From NCBI GenBank assembly GCA_043766895.1, contig JAYUHQ010000062.1:792-64791 (forward strand): a stretch of DNA of 64,000 nucleotides, in the 5' to 3' direction. A program made the translations under genes and the position numbers. Numbering within the stretch: position 1 is the first letter of the stretch; every line of letters starts with the position of its first letter. Shown here piece by piece: positions 38,216-48,765 of this stretch. This DNA comes from Aestuariivirga sp. (lineage in GTDB: Bacteria > Pseudomonadota > Alphaproteobacteria > Rhizobiales > Aestuariivirgaceae). The notes under the pieces were generated by a model. It was given only the letters and a program-made list of their open reading frames with translations, was not told the DNA's origin and made no database searches.

Positions 38216-39554
38216 CGCTAATTTCCTCAAAGAAAATAATGCCCGCCACATGTGGCACGCAATGGCCAACGCGGGCGACATGCGGGCAAACCCACCCCAA
38301 ATCATCAACACTGCGAAATTAGCGGAAATTACTGACATTGACGGCCACACGGTTTTAGATGCCGTTGGTGGTTTGTGGAATGTAAATCTTGGCTATTCCT
38401 GTGAGCCAGTCAAAAAAGCCATCCGCGACCAATTGGATTCCCTCCCCTATTATTCAACATTTCGTGGCACCACCAATGCGCCACTCATCGAACTTTCGTA
38501 TGAGTTGGCAGAATTTTTTAAACCTGAAGGCATGACGCGTTCGTTCTTCACTTCCGGTGGATCAGACTCGGTGGAATCGGCGCTGCGTCTGGCTCGGCAA
38601 TATCATAAACTCAAAGGTCAACCTGAACGCACTAAATTCTTCGCTCTCAAAAAAGGTTACCATGGCACTCATTTTGGCGGCGCATCAGTCAATGGCAATG
38701 CCAATTTCCGCCGCGCTTATGAACCTTTGTTGCCCGGTGTGTTTCACTTGCCTGCACCGTGGACCTATCGCAATCCGTTCAACACTACCGATGGCGCAAT
38801 AATCGCGCAAAAAATTGCTGCGCTGTTTGAAGATGAAATTGCTTTTCAAGGTGCGGACACGATTGCGGCTTTCATCATGGAACCTGTTTTAGGCGCAGGT
38901 GGTGTTATTGTGCCCCATGAAAGCTTCATGCCTCTTATGCGGGCGATTTGTGACAAGCACGGCATTCTGATGATTGCCGACGAAGTGATTACAGCTTTTG
39001 GCCGCACCGGCGCGTGGACTGGTTCACGCCTTTGGGGGGTGCAACCTGATATGATCTGCACGGCCAAAGCCATCACCAATGCCTACTATCCTTTCGGTGC
39101 AGTGATGATTCATGAAAAGCTTACTGAAGCCTTTGAAACGTCCAAATCACCTCTTGCATCTATTGGCCATGGCTATACTTATTCAGGCCATCCGGTGGGT
39201 GCTGCTGCTGCGCTTGCAACACTGGCTGAAACCAAACGCCTTAACGTGAAAGATAATGCGGCTGCACGTGGCCATAAATTGTTGGCTGGTCTGGAAAACT
39301 TGAAGGCCAAACATAATGCTGTCGGCGACGTCCGCGGCATTGGTTTGATGTGCGCGCTTGAACTTGTGTCTGATCGTGAAAAAAAATCTGCCCCCGCCAA
39401 AGAAGCCGTGCAGAAGGTTCAAGACATAGCATATAAGGCGGGCGTGATGGTGCGCACTTCCGGGCCGAATATCATTCTATCTCCACCGCTGATCATTACC
39501 GCAAAGGATGTGAACCGCATTCTTTCAGCACTTGATGAGGGGCTTTCTGCGTGA
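38208..39554 (+). CDS. Class III aminotransferase (omega-amine type)
   Basis: DAVGGLWNVNLG, SGGSDSVE, GYHG, DEVITAFGRTG, TAK and HGYTYSGHP. Start moved to 38208. Confidence 0.93.
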   Translation: MRNANFLKENNARHMWHAMANAGDMRANPPQIINTAKLAEITDIDGHTVLDAVGGLWNVNLGYSCEPVKKAIRDQLDSLPYYSTFRGTTNAPLIELSYELAEFFKPEGMTRSFFTSGGSDSVESALRLARQYHKLKGQPERTKFFALKKGYHGTHFGGASVNGNANFRRAYEPLLPGVFHLPAPWTYRNPFNTTDGAIIAQKIAALFEDEIAFQGADTIAAFIMEPVLGAGGVIVPHESFMPLMRAICDKHGILMIADEVITAFGRTGAWTGSRLWGVQPDMICTAKAITNAYYPFGAVMIHEKLTEAFETSKSPLASIGHGYTYSGHPVGAAAALATLAETKRLNVKDNAAARGHKLLAGLENLKAKHNAVGDVRGIGLMCALELVSDREKKSAPAKEAVQKVQDIAYKAGVMVRTSGPNIILSPPLIITAKDVNRILSALDEGLSA

Positions 39555-40831
39555 CAACAAATGCTGAACTTCTCAAACGCCGAGAACGTTTGCTGGGCCC
39601 AAATGTCCGCGTGTTTTATAATGAGCCAGTGCAGCTTGTGCGCGGCCAAGGTGTTTGGGTTTATGATGCTGATGGACGCAAATACCTAGATTGTTACAAC
39701 AACGTGCCGCACGTGGGCCATTGTCATCCTCATGTGGTTGAAGCCATTTGCAAACAGGCCGCAACGTTGAACACCCACACGCGCTATTTGCACGAAGGCA
39801 TATTGAATTATGTTGAGCGATTAACGGCAACGTTTGCTTCTAATATCACCTCGGCAATCATGGTGTGCACAGGCAGCGAAGCCAATGATGTGGCGCTGCG
39901 CATGGCCCAAGCGATCACTGGGAAAACGGGCATCATCGCTTCCAACCACACCTATCACGGCAACACGTCTGCGGTGTCTCAGCTTTCAACCACAAAACCT
40001 CCAATTGGTGGATTTGGTGGCCACATTCGCCATGTCACAACGCCTGACAGTTATCGCCCCAACGGGGGCAATGCAATCGCACACGCCAAAGCCTTCGCAG
40101 ACGAAGTTGAACAGGCCTGCCAGTCGCTCATCGCATCTGGGCATGGCGTTTCTGGCATGATCATTTGCCCTGCCTTTGTGAATGAAGGGTTCCCCGATTT
40201 AGCGGCTGGATTTTTAGACGGTGCCATCGCCGCCGTGCACAAAGCAGGCGGCGTAGTCATTGCTGATGAAGTTCAACCTGGCTTTGGCCGTATTGGCACT
40301 CATTTCTGGGGCCACCAGAAAGCCGGTTTTGCGCCTGATATTGTGACAATGGGTAAGCCCATGGGCAACGGCCATCCGGTTTCTGCCGTGGCAACTTCGC
40401 TTGATATTATGGGCGCATTTCGCAATGCGTTTGGATATTTCAACACCTTCGGCGGCAACCCAGTTTCTTGCGCCGCTGCCAATGCAGTGCTCGATGTTAT
40501 CGAAAACGAACAGCTGCAAAAAAATGCTGAGATCACTGGAAGTTACACGCGTCAGGGTCTTAAAAAACTTGCTGACAAGCACAGCATTATTGGCGATGTG
40601 CGGGGTTCGGGCTTGGCCATTGGCGCTGAGTTGGTATTAGACCGCCAAACGAAAAAACCTGCCAAAGCTGAAGCCGATCGCGTCATAAATCTTATGCGGC
40701 AACATGGCGTGCTGATGGGCGCCAACGGGATTGCCTATAATGTTTTAAAAATTCGCCCGCCCATGCCATTTGGAAAAGCTGAAGCAGATTTAATGCTTGC
40801 TACACTTGACCAGTGCTTGCAGGCATTGTGA
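39551..40831 (+). CDS. Class III PLP enzyme (AGXT2L/phospho-lyase-like or GABA-aminotransferase-like)
   Basis: YLDCYNNVPHVGHCHP, TGSEAND, YHGN, DEVQPGFGRIG, MGKPMGNG and FNTFGGNP. Confidence 0.88.
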   Translation: MTTNAELLKRRERLLGPNVRVFYNEPVQLVRGQGVWVYDADGRKYLDCYNNVPHVGHCHPHVVEAICKQAATLNTHTRYLHEGILNYVERLTATFASNITSAIMVCTGSEANDVALRMAQAITGKTGIIASNHTYHGNTSAVSQLSTTKPPIGGFGGHIRHVTTPDSYRPNGGNAIAHAKAFADEVEQACQSLIASGHGVSGMIICPAFVNEGFPDLAAGFLDGAIAAVHKAGGVVIADEVQPGFGRIGTHFWGHQKAGFAPDIVTMGKPMGNGHPVSAVATSLDIMGAFRNAFGYFNTFGGNPVSCAAANAVLDVIENEQLQKNAEITGSYTRQGLKKLADKHSIIGDVRGSGLAIGAELVLDRQTKKPAKAEADRVINLMRQHGVLMGANGIAYNVLKIRPPMPFGKAEADLMLATLDQCLQAL

Positions 40832-41808
40832 TGATTGCAAACAGGGCCGCTGATCATTGGGACTGCATTATCGGTGCGCCTGAATTTATAATGCAACGCG
40901 AAAATGCTGTTTATAAAATTCAAACCAAAACAGGTTTTGCGGCACTTCGCATTCATCGCCCGGGCTATCACAGCCGCATCGAAATTGAATCAGAACTTCA
41001 ATGGATGGCGCATTTGGCGCAAAGCGGATTGCATGTGCCGGTTCCTTTTCAGACCCGCAGTGGAACTTTTCTCGCTGAAATTACGGACAGCCAGAACCAA
41101 GTTTTTATTCTTGATCTCTTGTCATGGATTGATGGCGAGCCGCTTGGCAAATCTAGAGTGCCGCTCACATTTTCTGGTTCTGAATTAGAACAGATTTTCT
41201 TCGATCTGGGTTACAACATCGCGCTGATGCACCATGTTTCTGATCAATGGGTATCACCTCAGGGATTCCAGCGTCATGCCTTGGATAAGGAGGGGCTGCT
41301 TGGAGAAACCGCGGCATGGGGGAAATTTTGGGATGCATCTTGCCTCGCGCTTGATGAAAGGCAGTTGCTCATAAAAGCACGAAACCAGGCTGCAACAGAA
41401 ATTGATCTGCTGACTGCAAAGGGCGCCGACTATGGGCTTATCCATGCCGATCTGGTGCGCGAAAATATTTTAATCGCATCGGGCAAAACGCGTTTCATCG
41501 ATTTTGACGATGCTGGTTTTGGCTTTCGCATGTTTGATTTGGCAACAGCTTTGGTCAAAAATCGTGAAGAACTGTATTATCGACCGATGAAGGCGGCACT
41601 CATCGCTGGATATAAGTCCAAGAGAAACATCACAAAAGCTGACGAACGCTCAATTGATTTCTTTCTCACCTTGCGTGATTTTGCTTATTTCGGTTGGGCC
41701 GATGCAAGGCGGGAGGAACCCAGCATGGCGCCCCGAATAGCACAAATAAAACAAGACACTCTTGTGGCGGCTCGTGGCTATTTAGATCACTCGTCATTTG
41801 ATGTTTAA
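40831..41808 (+). CDS. APH/homoserine-kinase-II-like phosphotransferase
   Basis: RENAVY, ALRIHRPGY, IHADLVRENIL (Brenner motif) and IDFDDAGFG. Confidence 0.88.
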   Translation: MIANRAADHWDCIIGAPEFIMQRENAVYKIQTKTGFAALRIHRPGYHSRIEIESELQWMAHLAQSGLHVPVPFQTRSGTFLAEITDSQNQVFILDLLSWIDGEPLGKSRVPLTFSGSELEQIFFDLGYNIALMHHVSDQWVSPQGFQRHALDKEGLLGETAAWGKFWDASCLALDERQLLIKARNQAATEIDLLTAKGADYGLIHADLVRENILIASGKTRFIDFDDAGFGFRMFDLATALVKNREELYYRPMKAALIAGYKSKRNITKADERSIDFFLTLRDFAYFGWADARREEPSMAPRIAQIKQDTLVAARGYLDHSSFDV

Positions 41809-42237
41809 GTGATGCAACTGTTCCAATTTTTCTAACGACAGAATGAGTTTCTGGGAGTAGTCCTTTCCCAAAGATTGCAGCAATTTTATTTCGTAGTCAT
41901 GCGCCAGGATCGACAGATTTTCAAATTTTGATTGACCCAACTTTGTTAATTCCAACCATTCCATGCGTCGATCATTTTGATCTAACCTTCGAACCAACCA
42001 TTTGCGCTTTTCCAACTCAAAAACCGCTCGACTCACTTTGGTTTTATGCATCGCTGAACGAATGCCGATGTCTGTGGCCGTGGCTTTGCCCAGCTGCGCC
42101 AGATTTGCCAGAACCCTCCACTCTGGTCGGCTCAGCTCATACTTTTTCTTGTAAATCTGTGAAAATTCAACACTCACCGCCTCTGCCGCTCGCACCAACC
42201 GGAAAGGCAAAAATTCTTCTAGTTTTAGCAGGTTCAT
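41794..42237 (-). CDS. MarR family regulator divergent from hmgA (HmgR-like)
   Basis: [26 protein letters not shown] and DRR. Start moved to 42237. Confidence 0.9.
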   Translation of the reverse strand: MNLLKLEEFLPFRLVRAAEAVSVEFSQIYKKKYELSRPEWRVLANLAQLGKATATDIGIRSAMHKTKVSRAVFELEKRKWLVRRLDQNDRRMEWLELTKLGQSKFENLSILAHDYEIKLLQSLGKDYSQKLILSLEKLEQLHHLNIK

Positions 42238-42253
42238 CGCAATGAACTCCTTG

Positions 42254-42285
42254 ATAGTTACAAAATCAATAGTTACAAACGTAAC
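42254..42285. promoter_or_regulatory. Candidate operator for the hmg MarR regulator
   Basis: ATAGTTACAAA repeated at 42254 and 42269, plus the palindrome GTTAC-AAAC-GTAAC at 42272-42285. Confidence 0.5.
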
Positions 42286-42316
42286 AGATAATGGATTTAG
42301 GACGGGAGTGCCAGAC

Positions 42317-43633
42317 ATGACCCTCAAATATATGCCAGGCTTTGGCAATGATTTTGAAACGGAAACCCTGCCCGGTGCTTTGCCGCAAGGGCAGAATTCG
42401 CCACAGCGCTGCGCATATGGGCTTTATGCTGAACAGCTTTCTGGTTCGCCCTTCACGGCCCCGCGCGGCAGCAACGAACGGTCTTGGCTTTATCGCATTC
42501 GCCCTTCCGTGCGCCACACGGGAAAATTCAAGTCGGTAAACCACACCACTTGGAAATCTGCTCCAAACGTTGATGACCATCAGTTGCCACTTGGCCAATT
42601 GCGTTGGAATCCCGTTCCGATGCCGGCCAAACCCACAACGTTCATCGATGGCATTTGCACAATAACCACAGCAGGCGATGTGAACGGCCAAGCCGGCATG
42701 GCGGCCCATGTTTATGTGGCCAACGCCAATATGGTGGACGAGCATTTCTTCAACGCTGATGGCGAGTTAATGCTTGTGCCCGAAGCGGGTCGCATTCGCG
42801 TTCTGACTGAGATGGGGATGATGGATGTAGAGCCGTCAGAAATTTGCGTCATCCCGCGCGGCATGGTGTTTCGTGTTGAATTGCTTGATGGCTCTGCACG
42901 TGGCTATCTCTGCGAGAATTATGGTGCCAAATTCACCTTGCCAGAGCGCGGCCCCATTGGTGCCAATTGCTTGGCCAATCCGCGTGATTTCAAAACGCCT
43001 GTGGCTTGGTTTGAAGAAAAGGAAACGCCAACGCGGCTTCTCATAAAATGGTGCGGCAAATTTCATGAAACCACTCTGCCCCATTCACCGCTTGATGTGG
43101 TGGCATGGCATGGCAATTATGCGCCCTATAAATATGATCTCCGCACCTTCTCCCCCGTAGGCGCCATTCTTTTTGATCATCCTGATCCTTCGATCTTTAC
43201 AGTGCTCACTGCTCCTTCAGGCGAAGCGGGAACAGCCAATATCGACTTTGTTATTTTCCCGCCGCGCTGGCTGGTGGCTGAACATTCGTTCCGCCCGCCG
43301 TGGTATCATCGCAACATCATGTCAGAGTTTATGGGGCTGATCTATGGTCGCTATGACGCCAAGGAAGAAGGCTTCGTGCCCGGCGGCATGAGCTTGCATA
43401 ATATGATGCTGGCCCATGGGCCTGACGCGCCGGGTTATTGGAAAGCTTCAACTGCTGAACTGAAACCTCATAAGCTTGATCACACAATGGCCTTCATGTT
43501 TGAAACGCGTTTTCCACAACACATCACGCGCTTTGCCGCCGAGTTGGAAACGCTGCAAGATAACTATACTGATTGTTGGTCGGATTTACGCAAACGTTTT
43601 AATGGTACACTTGAGGGGGACTGGAGCGAATGA
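42317..43633 (+). CDS. hmgA: Homogentisate 1,2-dioxygenase
   Basis: [47 protein letters not shown] and [11 protein letters not shown]. Confidence 0.97.
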   Translation: MTLKYMPGFGNDFETETLPGALPQGQNSPQRCAYGLYAEQLSGSPFTAPRGSNERSWLYRIRPSVRHTGKFKSVNHTTWKSAPNVDDHQLPLGQLRWNPVPMPAKPTTFIDGICTITTAGDVNGQAGMAAHVYVANANMVDEHFFNADGELMLVPEAGRIRVLTEMGMMDVEPSEICVIPRGMVFRVELLDGSARGYLCENYGAKFTLPERGPIGANCLANPRDFKTPVAWFEEKETPTRLLIKWCGKFHETTLPHSPLDVVAWHGNYAPYKYDLRTFSPVGAILFDHPDPSIFTVLTAPSGEAGTANIDFVIFPPRWLVAEHSFRPPWYHRNIMSEFMGLIYGRYDAKEEGFVPGGMSLHNMMLAHGPDAPGYWKASTAELKPHKLDHTMAFMFETRFPQHITRFAAELETLQDNYTDCWSDLRKRFNGTLEGDWSE

Positions 43634-44652
43634 AACTAGCTACACTCAAAAATGGAACTCGCGACGGCAAGTTGGTGATCGTATCAACTGATCTTACGCA
43701 TTATGTCGATGCCAGTTCAATTGCACCAACACTGCAAGCGGCTTTGGATAATTGGAACAAACACAAAGCCGATTTGGAAAACCTCGCAGAATCTCTGCAA
43801 CACGGCTCCATTCCCGTTGAGCGCTTCCACGAACATGAGGCCATGTCGCCTTTGCCCCGCGCCTACCAATGGGCTGATGGTTCGGCTTATGTGAACCATG
43901 TGGAACTGGTGCGCAAAGCCCGTGGTGCGGAATTGCCAGCGAGTTTTTGGACAGATCCGCTGATGTATCAAGGTGGTTCTGATTCATTCATTGGCCCACG
44001 TGATCCAATCATTATGGCCGACGAGGCCTACGGCATCGATATGGAAGGAGAAGTGGCAGTGATTGTGGATGATGTTCCGGCAGGAGCATCGCCCGAAACC
44101 TGCGCGGCTGCTATTCGTCTCATCATGCTAGTGAATGATGTGTCCTTACGCAATCTCATGCCGGCTGAACTTGCTAAAGGTTTTGGCTTTTTTCAATCCA
44201 AACCGTCGTCAGCATTTTCTCCGGTGGCCGTAACACCTGATGAATTGGGCGCAGCTTGGCAAGATGGAAAAGTGCATTTACCGCTGTGGGTTGATTTGAA
44301 CGGCAAGCCCTTTGGTCGCAACCAAGCAGGCGCTGATATGACCTTTGATTTTGGCCAACTCATTGCTCATGCGGCAAAGACACGGCCCCTCTGTGCCGGA
44401 ACAATCATCGGTTCAGGCACCATATCCAATAAAGACAAAGATGGTAGTGCGGGAAAGCCCATCAGCGAAGGCGGGCTTGGCTATTCCTGCATCGCCGAAA
44501 TTCGGATGATTGAAACGATTGCTCACGGCAAGCCATCAACACCCTTTATGAAATTTGGTGATACGGTGCGTATCGAAATGAAAGACGCCAAAGGGCATAC
44601 AATTTTTGGCGCAATTGAACAAACAGCCCAACAGTTAAAACAGGAGGGCTGA
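43630..44652 (+). CDS. Fumarylacetoacetate hydrolase family protein
   Basis: [31 protein letters not shown] and GSGT; sits in the hmgB position. Confidence 0.9.
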   Translation: MKLATLKNGTRDGKLVIVSTDLTHYVDASSIAPTLQAALDNWNKHKADLENLAESLQHGSIPVERFHEHEAMSPLPRAYQWADGSAYVNHVELVRKARGAELPASFWTDPLMYQGGSDSFIGPRDPIIMADEAYGIDMEGEVAVIVDDVPAGASPETCAAAIRLIMLVNDVSLRNLMPAELAKGFGFFQSKPSSAFSPVAVTPDELGAAWQDGKVHLPLWVDLNGKPFGRNQAGADMTFDFGQLIAHAAKTRPLCAGTIIGSGTISNKDKDGSAGKPISEGGLGYSCIAEIRMIETIAHGKPSTPFMKFGDTVRIEMKDAKGHTIFGAIEQTAQQLKQEG

Positions 44653-44654
44653 CC

Positions 44655-45605
44655 ATGGCCAAAGCATTTGCATCACAAGGCGATCTCACCGAAAAGAAAA
44701 TTTCCTTCAGCGAAATCGGCAAGGGCCTCTGGGCTTTCACTGCAGAAGGTGACCCCAACACCGGCGTTATCATCGGCGATGACTCAGTGATGATTGTGGA
44801 TGCGCAAGCCACACCGCGTTTGGCCGCCAAAGTTGTTGAAAAGATTCGCACTGTCACTGATAAGCCGATTAAATATGTGGTGCTGTCGCATTATCATGCC
44901 GTGCGTGTTCTCGGTGCTTCGGCCTATGGCGCCAGCGAAATCATCGCCTTGGAAAAATGCCGCGCAATGGTGGCAGAACGCGGAAAAGAAGATTGGGATT
45001 CAGAGTTTGGCCGTTTTCCGCGTCTCTTCCAAGGCCATGAATCAATCCCTGGCCTGACGTGGCCCACGCAAACATTCACTAATAAAATGACAGTCTATCT
45101 TGGAAAGCGCCGTGTTGATCTGATGCACTTGGGACGCGCCCACACCGCAGGCGATATCGTCGCTTGGGTGCCTGATGAAGGTGTGATGTTTACAGGCGAC
45201 ATTATTGAATATCATTCTGCTTGTTATTGTGGGGATGGACATTTTAATGATTGGAGCAAAACATTAGACGCCATCAAAACCTATCGCGCACGCGCCATTG
45301 CTCCGGGCCGTGGGGATGCACTCGTCGGTGACAAGCTGGTGCATGATGCCATCGAAAACACCCGAGACTTTGTAGAAAGCACCTATCGTCCGGCAGCCCA
45401 AGTTGCTGCGCGCGGCGGTACTTTGAAAGAAGCGTGGGACGCCGTGCGGGCAACCTGTGACTCTAAATTTTCAACCTATGCCATTTATGAACATTGCCTG
45501 CCGTTCAATGTGGCCCGTGCTTATGATGAGGCGCTGGGCATGGATACACCGCGGATCTGGACAGCAGAGCGAGACGTTGCCATGTGGAATGCTTTGCAAG
45601 GTTAA
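44655..45605 (+). CDS. MBL-fold metallo-hydrolase
   Basis: SHYHAVR (variant of HxHxDH), HTAGD, FTGD and PGRG. Confidence 0.88.
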   Translation: MAKAFASQGDLTEKKISFSEIGKGLWAFTAEGDPNTGVIIGDDSVMIVDAQATPRLAAKVVEKIRTVTDKPIKYVVLSHYHAVRVLGASAYGASEIIALEKCRAMVAERGKEDWDSEFGRFPRLFQGHESIPGLTWPTQTFTNKMTVYLGKRRVDLMHLGRAHTAGDIVAWVPDEGVMFTGDIIEYHSACYCGDGHFNDWSKTLDAIKTYRARAIAPGRGDALVGDKLVHDAIENTRDFVESTYRPAAQVAARGGTLKEAWDAVRATCDSKFSTYAIYEHCLPFNVARAYDEALGMDTPRIWTAERDVAMWNALQG

Positions 45606-45610
45606 GCGAA

Positions 45611-47155
45611 ATGCCGCGCTACAATTATGAACCCTTTGCCTATCACACCCCGCCAGAACTTTGCGGTGGCGCAAAATCATCGGCACGGGTTGCAATCATC
45701 GGCGCCGGCCCCGTGGGACTGGCACTCGCGGTTGATCTTGCATTGCAGGGCGTTGCTTCAATTGTTTTGGATGACAATAATGTCGTGTCCCTTGGCAGCC
45801 GGGCAATTTGCTGGGCCAAGCGAACACTTGAAATTTTTGATCGCTTGGGCATCGGCGAACGCATGGTCGCCAAAGGTGTAACGTGGAAAGTGGGCAGATT
45901 ATTCCATGGGGATGAAGAAGTCTGGTCCTTTGATCTGTTGCCCGAAGATGGTCATAAAAATCCTGCGTTTATCAATTTACAGCAATATCACGTGGAACAA
46001 TATTTGGTGGAACGCTGCGCCAACTTTCCAAGCCTGATCGATATTCGCTGGAAAAACAAAGTAGCGGGCCTTACACAATCGCAAAGCACTGCAACTCTGA
46101 ATATCGAGACGCCCGATGGCACCTATAATCTAACAACGGAATATGTGTTGGCCTGCGACGGTGCGCGTTCGCCAACGCGCGCCATGTTGGGTCTCGATTT
46201 TCAGGGAAAGTTTTTCGAAGAGCGGTTCCTGATAGCCGACGTTGAAATGAAAATCGAACAGCCATCAGAACGCTGGTTTTGGTTTGAACCCAAGTTTCAT
46301 GCAGGCCAATCTGCTTTGCTTCACAAACAACCCGACAATATCTATCGCATCGATCTTCAATTGGGGCCAGACGCAGACCCCGAATTGGAGAAGCAACCAG
46401 ACCGCGTCATCCCCCGCATTGAGAAAGCGGTCGGCCACAAAAATTTCGAACTGGATTGGGTTTCCGTTTACACCTTTCAATGCCGCAGGCTTGAACGGTT
46501 TGTCCACAGCCGTGTGATCTTTGCGGGTGACAGCGCCCATGTAGTTTCACCTTTTGGCGCGCGCGGCGGCAATGGCGGTATACAAGACGTTGACAATTTA
46601 GCGTGGAAGCTTGCCGCCGTCATTCACGGGAAAGCCTCCACCAAGCTGCTTGAAAGCTACAATGATGAGCGGGTTTATGCTGCTGATGAAAATATAAAAA
46701 ACTCGTCACGCACGAGCAATTTCATGTCACCCAATTCAAAGGTTGAACATATGTTTCGTGATGAGGTGTTGCAGCTGGCAAGGACAATGCCTTTCGCACG
46801 ACGAATGATTAATTCAGGCCGATTGTCACAACCTTGTTCATTGTCGGGCCTGCCGTTGCAAACAGCAAATGCTCATGCACCCATGCAACCTGGTTCGCCG
46901 TGTTTGGATGCGCCACTTCATCGTGGCTATGTGTTAGATCACCTCGGCGGAACGTTTAAGCTGCTCTGCACTGGTGGCCCACCAAAACAGATTCCAGAAG
47001 GTTTGGCGGTTGTCGTTGGTCAATCGCCTTCCCTCACCGCACGCTATGGCAAAGATTGGACATATCTTATTCGCCCAGATCAACATATCGCTGCCGCGTG
47101 GCAAAATCCTTCCCCGGAAGAAATCAACGCAGCACTGGAGAAGTTCCATGTTTGA
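45611..47155 (+). CDS. FAD-dependent aromatic hydroxylase-family oxidoreductase
   Basis: GAGPVG, CDG and GDSAHVVSPFGARGGNGGIQD. Start moved to 45611. Confidence 0.9.
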   Translation: MPRYNYEPFAYHTPPELCGGAKSSARVAIIGAGPVGLALAVDLALQGVASIVLDDNNVVSLGSRAICWAKRTLEIFDRLGIGERMVAKGVTWKVGRLFHGDEEVWSFDLLPEDGHKNPAFINLQQYHVEQYLVERCANFPSLIDIRWKNKVAGLTQSQSTATLNIETPDGTYNLTTEYVLACDGARSPTRAMLGLDFQGKFFEERFLIADVEMKIEQPSERWFWFEPKFHAGQSALLHKQPDNIYRIDLQLGPDADPELEKQPDRVIPRIEKAVGHKNFELDWVSVYTFQCRRLERFVHSRVIFAGDSAHVVSPFGARGGNGGIQDVDNLAWKLAAVIHGKASTKLLESYNDERVYAADENIKNSSRTSNFMSPNSKVEHMFRDEVLQLARTMPFARRMINSGRLSQPCSLSGLPLQTANAHAPMQPGSPCLDAPLHRGYVLDHLGGTFKLLCTGGPPKQIPEGLAVVVGQSPSLTARYGKDWTYLIRPDQHIAAAWQNPSPEEINAALEKFHV

Positions 47156-47339
47156 TATCAGCCACGATCGCTTGGGAAATCACGGCGACGATTTTTATGA
47201 GGCTCTGATGGCCGCTCACCTTGGTCTTACTGAAAATGAAAGCGCGCGGTTGAATGCGCGTCTTGTTCTGATAATGGCAAATGTCATTGGCGATTTTGAA
47301 CAGCTCAAGCAGATCATAACAAAGGCAAGCGCGCCATGA
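47148..47339 (+). CDS. DUF2783 family small protein
   Basis: DDFYEALMAAHLGLTENESARLNARLVLIMANVIGD. GGAG RBS before ATG 47148. Confidence 0.8.
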   Translation: MFDISHDRLGNHGDDFYEALMAAHLGLTENESARLNARLVLIMANVIGDFEQLKQIITKASAP

Positions 47340-47977
47340 GCGATGTGCTTCTCTATGACTACTGGCGATCGTCAGCAAGCTACCGCGTACGCATTGCCCT
47401 CAATTTAGCCGGCGTTGCATATAAAAGCGTTTCAGTTGATCTTTTGAAACGCGAACATAAGGCCCCTGAGCACCTTGCGCGCAATCCGCAAGGCTTGGTT
47501 CCCGCGCTGTTTATTGATGGTGTAGTGCTTACACAATCTTTGGCCATCATCGAATATCTTGCACAAACGCGCAAAATTTCATGTTTCCCCGCAGACCCCA
47601 TTGCATGTGCACAAGTGCGTTCAATTGCCTACGCAATCGCAATGGATATTCACCCCGTCTGCAATTTAAATGTGGTGGCGCATGTGTTGCAACTCACCAA
47701 TGGCAATGATGAAACAAGATTTGCGTGGATGCAAAAATTCATTGGCGAGGGTCTCGACGCAGTTGAGGCAATGGTACAGAAAACGACAGGCCCGCTATGT
47801 TACAGTGATGAGATAACAATTGCTGATATGTGTTTGATCCCACAAGTTTATAACGCGAAACGCTGGGGTATAGACGTGACCAAATACGCGCGTATCACCA
47901 GCATTGTCGAAGAACTAAAACCCAATGCGGCATTTGTTGCAGCAGAACCAGAGAACGTTAGGCCTCAGGCAAAGTAA
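47336..47977 (+). CDS. maiA: Maleylacetoacetate isomerase (GST zeta)
   Basis: YWRSSASYRVRIALN, NPQGLVP, TQSLAIIEYL and DIHPVCN. Confidence 0.95.
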   Translation: MSDVLLYDYWRSSASYRVRIALNLAGVAYKSVSVDLLKREHKAPEHLARNPQGLVPALFIDGVVLTQSLAIIEYLAQTRKISCFPADPIACAQVRSIAYAIAMDIHPVCNLNVVAHVLQLTNGNDETRFAWMQKFIGEGLDAVEAMVQKTTGPLCYSDEITIADMCLIPQVYNAKRWGIDVTKYARITSIVEELKPNAAFVAAEPENVRPQAK

Positions 47978-48765
47978 CAGCTGACATTTCCGAATGCGCC
48001 AAAATCTGCTTCAATCAGGCAACCATGCGTGGTTTCAATCGGACGAATGAAAGACCCCGAAAGCACCACATCGCCTGCTGAAATACCATCACCATAGTGC
48101 GCAAGCCTGTTGGCCAGCCAAGCAATTCCCAGCATTGGATCATTCAGCACGCCCGCGCCCAATCCAGTTTCCTCAACTTCCCCATCACGCTTGACAATGG
48201 CACCAACCCAACGCAGATCGAAAGACTCCACGCTATGGCGCTGCGCACCAAGCACAATTCCAGCGTTCGCCGCATTGTCAGAAATCGTGTCAAATACAGT
48301 GCGCGACTTTCCCGAGCCGGGATCAACGCGCAAAATTCGAGTGTCGAGTATTTCCAAAGACGGGGCAACCCATTCTGTTGCCGCCAATACGTGGTTCACT
48401 GAAATATTCGGCCCAACAAGCGGGTGTTTCATAATGAACGCTATCTCTGCTTCAATACGTGGCTGAATGAAACGATCAGCTGAAATTGTTGCACCATCTT
48501 CAAAAAACATATCATCGAGCAAAACGCCAGAATCTGGAATATCGATATTCAAAGCTGATTGCATGGCCTTGGATGTAAGTCCAATTTTCCAACCCTTTAC
48601 AGTTCTTCCGTCCGTTATCTTTTTTTTCACCCATGCCGCTTGAATTGCATAAGCATCATCCATTGCGATAGTGGGATATTGCAAACTCAATAAGTCAATT
48701 TGCTTGCGGGTTTTTTCAGCGCGATCAAGTTGGGCTGCCGCGGCAGAAATTTCTTCAGGCTTCAT
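47965..48765 (-). CDS. hpaH: 2-oxo-hept-4-ene-1,7-dioate hydratase
   Basis: KIGLTSKAMQ, PRIEAEIAF, DTISDNAANAG and LSGSF. Confidence 0.93.
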   Translation of the reverse strand: MKPEEISAAAAQLDRAEKTRKQIDLLSLQYPTIAMDDAYAIQAAWVKKKITDGRTVKGWKIGLTSKAMQSALNIDIPDSGVLLDDMFFEDGATISADRFIQPRIEAEIAFIMKHPLVGPNISVNHVLAATEWVAPSLEILDTRILRVDPGSGKSRTVFDTISDNAANAGIVLGAQRHSVESFDLRWVGAIVKRDGEVEETGLGAGVLNDPMLGIAWLANRLAHYGDGISAGDVVLSGSFIRPIETTHGCLIEADFGAFGNVSCYFA

